In this document: in pieces, positions 1 through 10,688 of the stretch | Position numbering within the stretch: position 1 is the first letter of the stretch | Layout: each line of letters opens with the position of its first letter | Origin: Pseudomonadota bacterium | GTDB taxonomy: Bacteria; Pseudomonadota; Alphaproteobacteria; MPNO01; UBA2964 | Assembly: GCA_036339375.1 (NCBI GenBank) | Contig: JAYZBC010000066.1 | Location: forward strand, 11,206 to 75,205 | Direction of reading: 5' to 3' | Length of the DNA stretch: 64,000 nt | Made by a program: the position numbers and the translations under genes | Notes under the pieces: model-generated | Database searches by the model: none | Seen by the model: only the letters and a program-made list of their open reading frames with translations | Told to the model about the DNA's origin: nothing

Positions 1-641
1 GCACGTGCTGAAGCAAACCCTGCAATCCCAATGCGGCAAATAGCGGCTTCAGACCCCCCTGCAATCATCACATCTGCATGATCTAATTGAATTAAACGGG
101 CGGCATCTCCTATCGCATGTGAACCGCTGGAACAAGCTGTTGCAACTGCGTGATTTGGGCCTTTATATCCAAAACGTATGGAAACTTGCCCGGAAACGAG
201 GTTAATTAATGTTGAGGGAATGAAAAAAGGAGTTACGCGCCGAGGACCATTTACGTAAAGTGCGACGGACGCATCATAAATTCCTTCTAACCCCCCAATT
301 CCGGATCCAATTACTACACCTGTTCGTGTCCGTTCTTTATCATTATTTGGTTCCCACCCTGAATCAAAAATCGCCTGTGAAGCGGCAGCAATGCCAAAAA
401 CTATAAAATTTTCATTCTTTTTGCGGTCTTTTACATTTACCCAACGGCTAAAGTCAAAAAACCCCTCTGATTGATCGCCTAGAGGAACCTGTGCCCCAAT
501 TTTTACAGGAAGGTCTGAAACATCAAAGGAATCAATTTGTCTTACACCGCTTTGGCCGCTTATAAGATTTTCCCAGGTAGATGATACACTTGCACCTAAA
601 GGGCTCACCATACCAATCCCGGTAACTACAACACGTCTCAT
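1..641 (-). CDS. fabF: 3-oxoacyl-ACP synthase II (5' part; runs off window start)
   Basis: Hand translation from the ATG at 641 gives MRRVVVTGIGMVSPLG... and later GPNHAVATACSSGSHAIGDA (catalytic Cys); lies downstream of acpP. Confidence 0.95.
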   Translation of the reverse strand, partial: MRRVVVTGIGMVSPLGASVSSTWENLISGQSGVRQIDSFDVSDLPVKIGAQVPLGDQSEGFFDFSRWVNVKDRKKNENFIVFGIAAASQAIFDSGWEPNNDKERTRTGVVIGSGIGGLEGIYDASVALYVNGPRRVTPFFIPSTLINLVSGQVSIRFGYKGPNHAVATACSSGSHAIGDAARLIQLDHADVMIAGGSEAAICRIGIAGFASAR

Positions 642-710
642 ACGCTCGATAGCTTATTTAATAGCCAAAAAACAAAAAGAGAATTTTGTATAGTTTTTCC
701 ACTCGTTGAT

Positions 711-950
711 TTAATTTTTTGTTTGCTCGCTGATAAAGGAAATGACATCTTTGACTGTTAAAATCTTTTCTGCCGCATCATCGGGTATTTCACATCCAAA
801 TTCCTCCTCAAAAGCCATAACGAGCTCAACTGTATCTAAGCTGTCTGCACCAAGATCTTCAATAAAGTTTGCGTTTTCTGTTACTTTTTCTTCTTCAGCA
901 CCCAGATGTTCAACAACTATTTTTTTTACTCGTTCTGAAATATCACTCAT
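711..950 (-). CDS. acpP: acyl carrier protein
   Basis: [20 protein letters not shown] phosphopantetheine-Ser motif; fab cluster context. Confidence 0.98.
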   Translation of the reverse strand: MSDISERVKKIVVEHLGAEEEKVTENANFIEDLGADSLDTVELVMAFEEEFGCEIPDDAAEKILTVKDVISFISEQTKN

Positions 951-1040
951 TCACGCTATTCCTCAGTCTATAATTTGGATGTTATTTTTAAACTCTATGT
1001 CGAATCGGGCCTCTTCGGACACCCGAAATTTTTGTGGGGA

Positions 1041-1778
1041 CTATACCATCACCATACCCCCATTTACATGTAAGGTTTGTCCTGTCAAGTAACTAGCTTC
1101 ATCGCTTGCTAAAAAAAGGACGCAGTTAGCCACGTCCTTTGTCACCCCAAACCGCGCCATAGGTATTTTTTTTAATAAATTTTCTTGTTGAACTTCCGTC
1201 AAGGTTTCCGTCATTTTCGTCGATACAAAACCAGGAGCAACGCAATTTATTGTAATCCCTCTTGAAGCTACTTCTGCTGCCATGGATTTTGTCAACCCTA
1301 CTAAACCGGCCTTGGATGCGACGTAATTCGTTTGTCCCGGATTTCCGGTCTGAGCGACTACAGAGGTTATATTGATTATGCGTCCAAATTTAGCCCTAAT
1401 CATACCTCGCAAAGCCGCCCTAGAAAGTTTAAAAGCGGCTGTTAAATTGATATTAATTACGTCCCACCAATCTTCATCACTCATTCTCATCATAAGGGCA
1501 TCTCGAGTGCTTCCAGCGTTATTCACCAAAATATCGAGGCCTCCTATTGTTTCATTTACTTCTTCAAAAAGGGACTTTGAGATGTCGGGATCTTCTAGGT
1601 CGGCAATAAAAACATGGGCTCGTTCTCCTAATTCTTTTGCCAATAAATGTAAGTTTTCTTCATTTCGACCTGTAATGGCAATTGTGGCTCCTTGATTATG
1701 TAAAACACGTGCAATGGCACTTCCAATTCCACCACTCGCTCCAGTCACTAGGGCGGTTCGTTTGGACATTTGGAACAT
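1041..1778 (-). CDS. fabG: 3-oxoacyl-ACP reductase
   Basis: TGASGGIG, NNAG and YVASK SDR motifs; between fabD and acpP. ATG at 1778 preferred over the track start at 1799. Confidence 0.95.
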   Translation of the reverse strand: MFQMSKRTALVTGASGGIGSAIARVLHNQGATIAITGRNEENLHLLAKELGERAHVFIADLEDPDISKSLFEEVNETIGGLDILVNNAGSTRDALMMRMSDEDWWDVININLTAAFKLSRAALRGMIRAKFGRIINITSVVAQTGNPGQTNYVASKAGLVGLTKSMAAEVASRGITINCVAPGFVSTKMTETLTEVQQENLLKKIPMARFGVTKDVANCVLFLASDEASYLTGQTLHVNGGMVMV

Positions 1779-1795
1779 CAGACAACTCCCTAAAA

Positions 1796-2737
1796 TCACA
1801 TAGAATTCAATAACGTATCTACACCCGTTGGATCCGAAACTGAAATCGCTGATATTTCCGGGGCAATCCTGCGTGTTAGACCGGAAAGAACCTTTCCAGC
1901 TCCAATTTCTACTATGGTATCAATTCCTTTTGACTTCATTTTTAAGACAGTCTCCCGCCAACGAACCAAGCCGGTTGTTTGTTCTACAAGCAATTTGCAT
2001 ATTTTGCTTGGCTCTTGCACTGGTTCCGCCGTTACATTGGCAATTAATGGGACAGAGGGTTTTGAAACATTCAAACATTTAAGTGTTTCCTTGATAGTTT
2101 TCGCTGCTGGAGCCATCAAACTACAATGAAATGGTGCACTTACCTGAAGAAACATTGCACGTTTAACACCGAAGTCGGGGGCTAAATCTATGGCGCGTTT
2201 TATAGCTGAAGTGGAACCGGAAATCACGACTTGATCGTTTGAATTGTCATTCGCAGGTGAACACACTTTATCTTCAGCTGCTGCATCAGCAAGTTTTTGA
2301 GCTCCATCCAAATTTACACCCAAAAGAGCCGCCATCGCCCCTTCTCCAACTGGTACCGCGTCCTGCATCGCTTGGCCCCTGATTTTTAGTAATCTAGCTG
2401 TATCACCCAACTTCAAGGACTTGGCCGAAGTAAGTGCAGAGTACTCTCCTAGAGAGTGGCCTGCTACGAAGGATACTTTTTGGCTTAAGTCAATCTTTCC
2501 TTCAACCTCCAAAACTTTAATTATTGCCATACTTACACTCATTAGCGCAGGCTGAGTATTTTCTGTTAAGGTAAGCAAGTCTTCCGGTCCCTCCACCATT
2601 TGACGAAAAAGGTTCTGTTTAATTGCATCATCGACTTCTTCAAAGGTTTCACGAGCCGATGTAAATGCTTCTGCCAAAGCTTGCCCCATACCGATCGATT
2701 GCGAACCCTGTCCTGGAAAGACAAAAGCTACTTTCAT
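1796..2737 (-). CDS. fabD: malonyl-CoA:ACP transacylase
   Basis: FPGQGSQ, GHSLGEYSA and SAPFH motifs. Confidence 0.97.
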   Translation of the reverse strand: MKVAFVFPGQGSQSIGMGQALAEAFTSARETFEEVDDAIKQNLFRQMVEGPEDLLTLTENTQPALMSVSMAIIKVLEVEGKIDLSQKVSFVAGHSLGEYSALTSAKSLKLGDTARLLKIRGQAMQDAVPVGEGAMAALLGVNLDGAQKLADAAAEDKVCSPANDNSNDQVVISGSTSAIKRAIDLAPDFGVKRAMFLQVSAPFHCSLMAPAAKTIKETLKCLNVSKPSVPLIANVTAEPVQEPSKICKLLVEQTTGLVRWRETVLKMKSKGIDTIVEIGAGKVLSGLTRRIAPEISAISVSDPTGVDTLLNSM

Positions 2738-2777
2738 AAAAAATCATCTCCGTTTTGAAAAATAAACTTTTCTAATA

Positions 2778-2805
2778 GTGATAACCGGCTAGGCCGATGT
2801 GTCAA
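2778..2805 (-). promoter_or_regulatory. candidate sigma70 promoter for fabD
   Basis: Minus strand TTGACA (2805-2800), 16 nt spacer, TATCAC; about 40 nt upstream of fabD. Motif match only. Confidence 0.4.
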
Positions 2806-2828
2806 GCAACCACAACTAATTGATTTAC

Positions 2829-2856
2829 TTGCACAAGCGGGCCTTTCGTGTATATA
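2829..2856 (+). promoter_or_regulatory. candidate sigma70 promoter for the rpsF operon
   Basis: TTGCAC, 16 nt spacer, TATATA; divergent from the fabD candidate. Motif match only. Confidence 0.4.
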
Positions 2857-2982
2857 TGCGCTTCCTACATAACCTCAAAAATTTAATTCGTAATTTTAGG
2901 CCTGTATTTCAAAAATTGTTATTTGGACCAAAGAAAGGGTTTGGATTTCGGACTAAACTAAATTTAAGAAGGAGTTCGTAGC

Positions 2983-3477
2983 TTGCCTTACTATGAAAGC
3001 GTGTTCATTGCACGGCAGGATATTTCTTCTCTGCAAGTGGAAGAAATTATGGAAAAAATGTCTTCGATTATAACGGAGAGTGGTGGAACGGTTGCCAAAT
3101 CAGAATATTGGGGTCTAAAAACTTTGGCATATCGAATAAAAAAAAACCGAAAAGGCCATTACATAATGCTAAATGTTGATGCTTCTGCATCGGCCGTCAA
3201 GGAGTTAGAGCGGAATATGAGTATTAATGACGATATTCTGCGTCTTATGACCATAAAGTTAAGTGAAATTAATGAAACGCCATCAATTATGATGCAAAGC
3301 AAAAGAACTAATGAGGACGGAAGAAACGGCAAAGTAGGGAGCTATCACGAATTCAGACCAAAAGAAGGTGTTTCGGCCTCTGACGAAACCTTAAAAAATA
3401 CACCGAATAACTCCGAAACACAAAACCCTGTGCCGGAAACAAGTACAGTCGATGATATTAAGGAAGAAGAAAAATGA
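2983..3477 (+). CDS. rpsF: 30S ribosomal protein S6 with long C-terminal tail
   Basis: [10 protein letters not shown]...[20 protein letters not shown]; AAGGAG RBS before a TTG start. Confidence 0.97.
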   Translation: MPYYESVFIARQDISSLQVEEIMEKMSSIITESGGTVAKSEYWGLKTLAYRIKKNRKGHYIMLNVDASASAVKELERNMSINDDILRLMTIKLSEINETPSIMMQSKRTNEDGRNGKVGSYHEFRPKEGVSASDETLKNTPNNSETQNPVPETSTVDDIKEEEK

Positions 3478-3707
3478 TAAGCGGTCGCAAACCATTTTTC
3501 CGGCGCCACAAAAGCTGTCCGTTTTCAGGACCAGATGCCCCTAAAATAGATTACAAAGACGTCAAACTCTTGCAACGTTTTATTTCGGAACGCGGGAAGA
3601 TTGTTCCAAGGAGGATTACAGCTGTTTCTTCAAAAAAACAGCGAGAACTTTCCCGGGCTATCAAACGTGCACGTAATGTTGCATTATTACCTTTTGCTGT
3701 CGATTAA
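3474..3707 (+). CDS. rpsR: 30S ribosomal protein S18
   Basis: [25 protein letters not shown]...AIKRAR; ATGA overlap with rpsF. Confidence 0.98.
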   Translation: MISGRKPFFRRHKSCPFSGPDAPKIDYKDVKLLQRFISERGKIVPRRITAVSSKKQRELSRAIKRARNVALLPFAVD

Positions 3708-3728
3708 CATTTTAGAAAGATTATCAAA

Positions 3729-4661
3729 GTGAAAAGGGGGGTGTTAATAGCCCTCTCTGGAGGGCTTGCTAGCGCAGTATTATATTTAGCGTTTCGAACC
3801 AATGCAGCTGGAGCCCTGATCTTTACCTATTTGACCCCGTTACCAATTCTCCTTATTGGCCTTTCAACAGGAATAAAATTTGGTGTCATTGCCGCAGTTC
3901 TTGCAATCATCACAATATTTTTAATGACAGGGCCCATAGCAACGAGTTTGTATTGTATATTGGTTGCTGTGCCCGTGGTAATAATTATTCGACAATCTCT
4001 AATCAACCGACCAGCCGCAGTGTTAGGTCAATATGAATGGTATCCCCCGGGTTTGATTCTTAGTTGGTTAACTGCCTACGGCGTATTATTGATTACTGCT
4101 GTCACAATTTATTTTTCAGGTAATGAAGGCGGAATCTCTGGCTTTTCCAAGCGTTTACTTATCGAATCATTTTCAATGGTAATGAGTGTTAATCCTTCCG
4201 TAACCACTCCATTTGACAGAATTGCAGCTTTTCTTCCAGGAATGCTAATTTCTGTTTGGTTACTAATACTAATTCTAAATGCAACTCTTGCACAAAATTT
4301 GGTTGTAAAGATTGGATTTTCTAGGAGGCCGTCACCCCTTTATCGGGAAATCGAACTGCCTCAGTGGTTAACCATTGGACTTGCATTAAGTATTTTATTG
4401 TCCTTTGCATCGGGGATTTTTTCTGACTTTGGTAGAAATACGGCCCCTTTGTTATCATTACCCTTTTTTCTTTTGGGTCTAACAGTTATACACACGCTTT
4501 CCCGACGTGTTTCAGCTCGTGGTCTGGTACTCGTAGGCGCGTATTTTTTGTTGGTTGTAGTAGGTTGGATTTCGGCAATTATTGTATTGCTGGGTGTTTT
4601 AGAACAATGGGTATCCCTCAGAAGCAAATTCGCCCAGCCTAAACAAAACTCAGGAGAGTGA
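3729..4661 (+). CDS. DUF2232/YybS-family membrane protein
   Basis: Multi-TM protein with an EWYPPG motif in the conserved slot between rpsR and rplI. Confidence 0.8.
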   Translation: MKRGVLIALSGGLASAVLYLAFRTNAAGALIFTYLTPLPILLIGLSTGIKFGVIAAVLAIITIFLMTGPIATSLYCILVAVPVVIIIRQSLINRPAAVLGQYEWYPPGLILSWLTAYGVLLITAVTIYFSGNEGGISGFSKRLLIESFSMVMSVNPSVTTPFDRIAAFLPGMLISVWLLILILNATLAQNLVVKIGFSRRPSPLYREIELPQWLTIGLALSILLSFASGIFSDFGRNTAPLLSLPFFLLGLTVIHTLSRRVSARGLVLVGAYFLLVVVGWISAIIVLLGVLEQWVSLRSKFAQPKQNSGE

Positions 4662-4664
4662 GCT

Positions 4665-5267
4665 ATGGATGTAATTCTTCTCGAAAGAATAGAAAAACTT
4701 GGCCAAATGGGTGACGTAGTGTCGGTACGTCCCGGTTATGCGCGTAACTACTTACTCCCGGAGAAAAAAGCATTAAGAGCCACGGAAAAAAATAAAAATT
4801 ACTTTGAGACCCAGAGGACGCAGTTAGAAACCGTTAATTTAGAACACAAGACAGAAGCGCTTTCGGTGGCAAAAAAATTAGAAGGCCATACAGTAACTAT
4901 TGTCCGTCAAGCAAGTGATAATGATCAACTTTATGGGTCGGTGACAGTAAAAAACATAGCTCAGGAAATTACTAGTGATGGTTTTACGGTTGAGAGTAAA
5001 CAGGTTCAGTTGGCAAGGCCTATTAAATTAATTGGAAAACATTACGTAAATTTAAGGCTCCATCCTGAAGTGAATGTCGCCATAAATGTTAATGTCGCAA
5101 GATCAGAAGAAGAGGCTTTAACCCAAACAGACAATCCAAATCTTATAAATGATACTGAAAGTAAAGAAGATTCGCTTGTTGAAGAAAATCCAATCCCTAC
5201 ACAAGAGGATGCAGCTAGTACTAAAGATACTTCTATTGACATAAATGAAGGTCCAACGGACCCATAG
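4665..5267 (+). CDS. rplI: 50S ribosomal protein L9
   Basis: MDVILLERIEKLGQMGDVVSVRPGYARNYLLP; LYGSV; LHPEV. Confidence 0.98.
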   Translation: MDVILLERIEKLGQMGDVVSVRPGYARNYLLPEKKALRATEKNKNYFETQRTQLETVNLEHKTEALSVAKKLEGHTVTIVRQASDNDQLYGSVTVKNIAQEITSDGFTVESKQVQLARPIKLIGKHYVNLRLHPEVNVAINVNVARSEEEALTQTDNPNLINDTESKEDSLVEENPIPTQEDAASTKDTSIDINEGPTDP

Positions 5268-5447
5268 AATTTATAAAGCGTCTAAAAAGTGTTAATGCTT
5301 TTGGATGAAGCATTAATTTATATAAATAAAAATTTAATTTAGCCGAGGAGCGTAAAATAATTGATGGAAAGGAAATATAGTTAGTAATCCTCTGGTTGAG
5401 TACCTTAAACTTTTTAAATTGCAAATTTTATAATTTAAGAAAAAATA

Positions 5448-6215
5448 ATGAAATACGACAAAATTGCTTTTATTGGCTCTAGTTCAGAAACCGCTCGTGA
5501 CGCATGTCGGCAATTACGAAAACAATATGGGCGAATTCCTCTCAAGCAAGCTGATGTTATTGTTGTTCTTGGGGGAGATGGGACAATGTTGCAAACCCTT
5601 CATCAGTGTTTTGATCTCAATGTGCCTATTTATGGGATGAACAGGGGAACAGTAGGGTTTTTGATGAACGAATTCCACAAAAATGGGCTCAAAACCAGAT
5701 TGCAACAAGCCATACCAATAAAGTTGCATCCGTTATTAATGAGAGTGCAAACCGTGTTTGGATTGGAAAAACAAGCGTATTGTATTAATGAAGTGGCCTT
5801 ACTCCGTCAAACTCGGCAAGCTGCAAAACTTAAAGTAAAAATAGATGCAAAAATTCGCATGAAGGAACTTATTTGTGATGGCGCTGTTGTCGCGACACCA
5901 GCCGGAAGTACAGCGTATAATCTTTCAGCACATGGGCCAATAATTCCGATTGGGGCGGAATTGTTAGCTTTAACACCCATAAGCGCTTTCCGACCGCGCA
6001 GATGGAGGGGTGCGCTTCTGCCGGCAAGTGCTCACATCTCCCTTGAAATTCAGGAACCCAAGAAACGACCTGTAAGCGCAGTTGCAGACTATACAGAAAT
6101 ACGTGATGTAAAGAGAGTGACCGTCAGTCAGAGCAAAAAAATTTCTCTAACCCTTTTATTTGATGAAGAACACAACCTGGAAGAACGAATTCTAAACGAG
6201 CAATTTATACCTTAG
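5448..6215 (+). CDS. nadK: NAD kinase
   Basis: GGDGTML, NEV and [22 protein letters not shown] motifs. Confidence 0.95.
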   Translation: MKYDKIAFIGSSSETARDACRQLRKQYGRIPLKQADVIVVLGGDGTMLQTLHQCFDLNVPIYGMNRGTVGFLMNEFHKNGLKTRLQQAIPIKLHPLLMRVQTVFGLEKQAYCINEVALLRQTRQAAKLKVKIDAKIRMKELICDGAVVATPAGSTAYNLSAHGPIIPIGAELLALTPISAFRPRRWRGALLPASAHISLEIQEPKKRPVSAVADYTEIRDVKRVTVSQSKKISLTLLFDEEHNLEERILNEQFIP

Positions 6216-6251
6216 CGCAAACATTTAGATACAAACATCAACCTTATTTTT

Positions 6252-6878
6252 CTATTTTTTAATTGAATTCAGCAGTTCTGAAACATATTTTCTTGGGTTT
6301 TCAGAACCCATAACACCACTCATTAAAGCCACACCAGAAGCTCCATACGTAAAGCATTTCTTTGCATTTTCAAGATTTACACCTGCTAGTGCAATAATAG
6401 GCAAATCGAGAACACTACAAGCTTCCTTGAGACCGGAAATTCCTAAAGTGGGTCCATAAAGGGGTTTGGAGGTGGTAGGAAAAATGGGGCTCAAAGTCAC
6501 GTAATCCGCACCTTGTTGGGAGGCCATTTTTGCTTCTCTAATCGAATGACATGAAACCCCAATCAAACATTTTTCACCAAGTTTTTTTCTTATTTTTACC
6601 AATGAAGTTTTTGGTTGCAAATGCACCCCTTCAGGCCGCATTTTTCGACTCAGGGTTAAATCACTATTGAGCGTCAAAAAAGCATTTTGTAAAATGCAGA
6701 GATTTTTAAAAAAAGAATAATTTCCAATAATATCTTGCAAAGGAGCATCCTTGTCCCGATACATTACCCATCGGCATCCTCCAGCAAGTGATTTTTCGAC
6801 TACATCCTTTATATCTCCCTTTGCTGTAGCCCGATCAGTGATAACCAAAAGGGGTGGAATGGGGAGTTTATTTTTCAC
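6252..6878 (-). CDS. thiE: thiamine-phosphate synthase
   Basis: [25 protein letters not shown] and IALAGV; last gene of the thi operon. Confidence 0.88.
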   Translation of the reverse strand: MKNKLPIPPLLVITDRATAKGDIKDVVEKSLAGGCRWVMYRDKDAPLQDIIGNYSFFKNLCILQNAFLTLNSDLTLSRKMRPEGVHLQPKTSLVKIRKKLGEKCLIGVSCHSIREAKMASQQGADYVTLSPIFPTTSKPLYGPTLGISGLKEACSVLDLPIIALAGVNLENAKKCFTYGASGVALMSGVMGSENPRKYVSELLNSIKK

Positions 6879-7660
6879 AACTCTATAGCGCCTTCAGCTG
6901 GTGTAGATGCTTTAGCATATAACCTACGGGGAATACGACCAGCTTCAAAAGCCAAACGACCCGCTTCGATCCCTGAACGCATTGCATTCGCCATTTTTAC
7001 TGGATCTCGTGCACCAGCAATAGCTGTATTCATTAAAATTCCATCACACCCCAGTTCCATTGCCAAAGCAGCATCAGATGCAGTACCTACGCCCGCATCA
7101 ACAATGACAGGTAAAGAACATTGATCCCGTATAATTTTAAGGTTGTACGGATTACGTATTCCCATACCAGATCCTATTGGAGCACCCAACGGCATAATTG
7201 CAGCGCAACCAATCTGTTCAAGTTTTTTACATGTAATTGGGTCATCATTAGTGTAGGGCAAAACCACAAAACCTTTAGTCACAAGTTCTTCTGCTGCCAA
7301 AAGTAGCTGTTCAACATCAGGAAACAAAGTGTTATCATCTCCGATTACTTCCAGCTTCACCCAGTCGGTGTGCAATGCTTCACGTGCGAGCTCAGCGGTC
7401 AAAACAGCATCTCTTGCAGTAAAACAACCTGCCGTATTTGGCAATATATGAAAACGTTCGCCGAGAACATCAAAAAGGCTTTCTCCACCCCCGTCGAGGC
7501 TGACCCGCCGAACTGCAACAGTTACAATTTCTGCGCCGCTGGCCTCAATTGCCTCTGACATAATTTCTTGATTAGGATAGTGTGAGGTGCCAACCATTAG
7601 TCTTGATGAAAAAACTTTCCCCGCAATCGTAAGTTTTTTCGCCGTTACCGTATTAACCAT
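6875..7660 (-). CDS. thiG: thiazole synthase
   Basis: [29 protein letters not shown] and [11 protein letters not shown]; ATG at 7660 is the likely start. Confidence 0.97.
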   Translation of the reverse strand: MVNTVTAKKLTIAGKVFSSRLMVGTSHYPNQEIMSEAIEASGAEIVTVAVRRVSLDGGGESLFDVLGERFHILPNTAGCFTARDAVLTAELAREALHTDWVKLEVIGDDNTLFPDVEQLLLAAEELVTKGFVVLPYTNDDPITCKKLEQIGCAAIMPLGAPIGSGMGIRNPYNLKIIRDQCSLPVIVDAGVGTASDAALAMELGCDGILMNTAIAGARDPVKMANAMRSGIEAGRLAFEAGRIPRRLYAKASTPAEGAIEL

Positions 7661-7661
7661 T

Positions 7662-7871
7662 TTAGCCCCCGCGCACAATATGCACGATCTCTATTTTATC
7701 ATTAGCTTTCAAAAATTTCTGTTCCCAATCTGTCCTCGGAACAACCTGACCATTTCTAGCAATTGCGATACCGCCTTTTGACCAATTAATACCACGCTTT
7801 TCAAGCAATAACTTTATAGACCTAGAAGATAAATTCTCTATTTCACCGTTTATATAAATTTTTTCTTGCAC
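7662..7871 (-). CDS. thiS: sulfur carrier protein
   Basis: Small ubiquitin-like protein ending [12 protein letters not shown]. Confidence 0.93.
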   Translation of the reverse strand: MQEKIYINGEIENLSSRSIKLLLEKRGINWSKGGIAIARNGQVVPRTDWEQKFLKANDKIEIVHIVRGG

Positions 7872-7902
7872 AAGGAGTTCCTTTTATACAATAAAAAGTA
7901 AT

Positions 7903-9039
7903 TTATTGATTTGATTTTGCAAACCTATCCAAATGGAAAGGTTTAATTGAACTTGGCACTGTCCCCGTATTTATATTTTCAGCCATTGCATTTGCCGTTA
8001 ACGGTGCCAACAATATTCCATTGCGATGATGACCGGTAGCCAAAAATAGACCATCCGTTTTCGTGGAACCTAAAATAGGTGCATCGTCTCTACTTGCCGG
8101 ACGCAATCCAGCCCAACTTTCAACGACGGGTAAATCGTATATACCAGGTAAGACATCCCAAGCCAGCCGCAACAATTCCAGCATCCCTCCAACTGTCAAT
8201 TTTTTATCAAAGCCCATCTCTTCAACAGTTGCACCTATCAAAAGACGACCGTCCCCTTTGGGCACCAAATAAATGGATGGGACTATCCCATTTCCTGGCC
8301 CCCATACCACGTGCTCAATCAGGGGGGTATTGACTTCCATTTGTACAGAAACCATCTGTCCCTTTAGTGGTCGTACTGGAGGCCTTGAATGCTCCGGCAG
8401 CCCATAAAGATTTCGTGACCAAGCCCCGGCAGCAATTACTACTTTTTCAGCTTTAATTTCATTATCAACTAATTCAAGCCCTCTCACAGCTTTCTCTTTG
8501 GTCAAAATTTTTATTACTTCGGTGTTTTCCTTTAAAACACCACCGCACTTAATAAAAGCTTTTTTCAGAGCTTTTACTACTTTTCGGCTGTCAACCTGAT
8601 GATCAAGTGAACTGAAAATAGCTCCGGTCACGGACGCCGAAAGATGGGGTTCACGTTTGCGTGCTTCATACCCGTTAAGCCACTCCACGTTTAAGCCCAA
8701 TGTTTTAAAATACTGAAACCTATGTTGAAGGTGTTCTAGGTCATCACGGTCAAGCGCAACGACTAGCGTACCATGCCCACGGTAATCGACATCAACACCC
8801 GTCGTTTTATAGAGATCTTCCGCAAAGCACTTCCACATTTTTAGACTTTTTAACGCTAAGGGCAACAATGCCTCTTCAGCGTGCTCTGCTTCTGCCTGCG
8901 GAGCAAGCATACCTGCAGCAGCCCAAGTCGATTCCATACCCCCTTTTTTGCGTTCAAAGATTGTCACATCCAAACCGCGTTCAGCTAAACGCCAACCGAT
9001 AGCAAGTCCACAAACTCCACCACCAATTATCGCAATCAT
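7903..9039 (-). CDS. thiO: glycine oxidase
   Basis: GGGVCG FAD motif, STWAAAGML, WAGLRP and GHHRNGILLAP. Confidence 0.93.
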   Translation of the reverse strand: MIAIIGGGVCGLAIGWRLAERGLDVTIFERKKGGMESTWAAAGMLAPQAEAEHAEEALLPLALKSLKMWKCFAEDLYKTTGVDVDYRGHGTLVVALDRDDLEHLQHRFQYFKTLGLNVEWLNGYEARKREPHLSASVTGAIFSSLDHQVDSRKVVKALKKAFIKCGGVLKENTEVIKILTKEKAVRGLELVDNEIKAEKVVIAAGAWSRNLYGLPEHSRPPVRPLKGQMVSVQMEVNTPLIEHVVWGPGNGIVPSIYLVPKGDGRLLIGATVEEMGFDKKLTVGGMLELLRLAWDVLPGIYDLPVVESWAGLRPASRDDAPILGSTKTDGLFLATGHHRNGILLAPLTANAMAENINTGTVPSSIKPFHLDRFAKSNQ

Positions 9040-9435
9040 CCGCTTAAGCCCTTGAAAATGGGAAGCGGACAGAAAGTACGATTATTGTACAACCTGGTTT
9101 TAGACAAAACCCTCCTCAAAAATAACTATGGATGCAGATTGACCAGAATTTTTCTTTAACAAAGCTCCGGTTATTGCCTTCATCTCCCCCTTTTAATATA
9201 AGCAGCGTGGTCATCCATAGGGTAGCTGTCAACCCTTGGGGGGAGGCGTTTTCCAAACTTGGAACATTGGCGTTAGAAATATTAACGCCCATATTTAGAG
9301 ATAAAATTTTTGAAAATGGTTTTTCATAAGTTTTTGTTTTACTATTTGTGATAGAAGAGTTTAACTGTTTTTTTATATACCAGTTCGAAAATACAAAACG
9401 AAATCTGAAATTACTAGAATTCCAATAGAAAATTT

Positions 9436-10659
9436 ATGACATTGAACGATCGTGTGCTAATCGCCGGAGCGGGACCAGTAGGAATGATTTCCGGATACTA
9501 TCTAGCACGGAATGATATACCAGTAACCGTTTTTGATTCGCTTCCCGAAACACAGACTGATCATCGTGCATCCACCGTTCACCCTTCTACTTTAGATATG
9601 CTGACACAGCTTGATATGACCAAAGAAATGACCGAAAAAGGACTTATTTCGCCTATTTTCCAATTCCGAGATCGATATGACGACAGAGTGGTTGCTGAAT
9701 TTGATTACGGAATTATTGCGGATGAAACCGAACATCCTTACGCACTACAAGTTGAACAACACAAGGTTATTGATATAGCAAGGGAACACGCTGAAACATT
9801 ATCGAACTTTTGCCTAAAACGCCCAAATGAAGTTACTGGGTTTTCTCAGGATGAAGATGGCGTTGAAATTGTGGTCAGAAACCAAAACGGAGACCAAGAA
9901 ATACATAAAGGACGTTTCCTAATAGCGGCTGACGGTGGACGAAGCGTCATCCGAAAACAACTTAATATTGAATTTCCAGGTTTCACTTGGGGCGAAAGGT
10001 TCGTGATTGCAACTACAAAATTTGATTTCGGAAACCCTGAGGCGGGAGGACACCATTACAGAAATTACGTTGCACACCCAAAACAATGGTGTGCTCTGAT
10101 CAAGGTTGCCGGTGATGATATGACAGGGTTGTGGCGAATTTTATTACCAGCATCAGGAAAAGAACCAGATGAATACGTTCAAAGTGAGGAATGGGTACAA
10201 GACAAATTTTCTGAGTGTCTTCCTTATGCACCTTCCTACGAAATTATTCACCGAAATCTTTACAACGTTCATCAACGAGTTGCCGACAAATTCCACGTTG
10301 GCAGGATTGTCCTCGCCGGGGATTCAGCGCACGTTAATAACCCGCTAGGTGGAATGGGGATGAACGGTGGTATCCACGACGGGCTTAATATTGCAGAAAA
10401 ACTTGTGAAAATTTGGCGTGGTGAGGGGGATATCAATTTGCTAGCACAATATGATCGACAACGGCGAACGATGGCGAAGAAATACGTCCAAGCCCAATCA
10501 ATTCAAAACAAAGAAATTTTGCAGGAAAATAATTTGAAAGTTAGGCGGGAGCGTCTGGATAGCCTTTCAGCAATCGCTGACAATTCCAAATCATGCCACG
10601 AATATTTATTACGATCTTCTCTGATCGCAATGGTCAGAGAAGCCCAGAGCATCCTTTAG
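9436..10659 (+). CDS. FAD-dependent monooxygenase (class A aromatic hydroxylase, MhpA-like)
   Basis: GAGPVG, AADGGRS and LAGDSAHVNNPLGGMGMNGGIHDG fingerprints. Confidence 0.85.
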   Translation: MTLNDRVLIAGAGPVGMISGYYLARNDIPVTVFDSLPETQTDHRASTVHPSTLDMLTQLDMTKEMTEKGLISPIFQFRDRYDDRVVAEFDYGIIADETEHPYALQVEQHKVIDIAREHAETLSNFCLKRPNEVTGFSQDEDGVEIVVRNQNGDQEIHKGRFLIAADGGRSVIRKQLNIEFPGFTWGERFVIATTKFDFGNPEAGGHHYRNYVAHPKQWCALIKVAGDDMTGLWRILLPASGKEPDEYVQSEEWVQDKFSECLPYAPSYEIIHRNLYNVHQRVADKFHVGRIVLAGDSAHVNNPLGGMGMNGGIHDGLNIAEKLVKIWRGEGDINLLAQYDRQRRTMAKKYVQAQSIQNKEILQENNLKVRRERLDSLSAIADNSKSCHEYLLRSSLIAMVREAQSIL

Positions 10660-10688
10660 TGCCATTAAGGAAAACAAAATTTTGATTC

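Noticed and set aside
1005-1026. Small hairpin between fabG and acpP
   Set aside because: Imperfect stem and no clear U-tract on the coding strand; not called as a terminator.
2983-5267. Long acidic/polar C-terminal tails on S6 and L9
   Set aside because: Variable tails are common on these proteins in Alphaproteobacteria.
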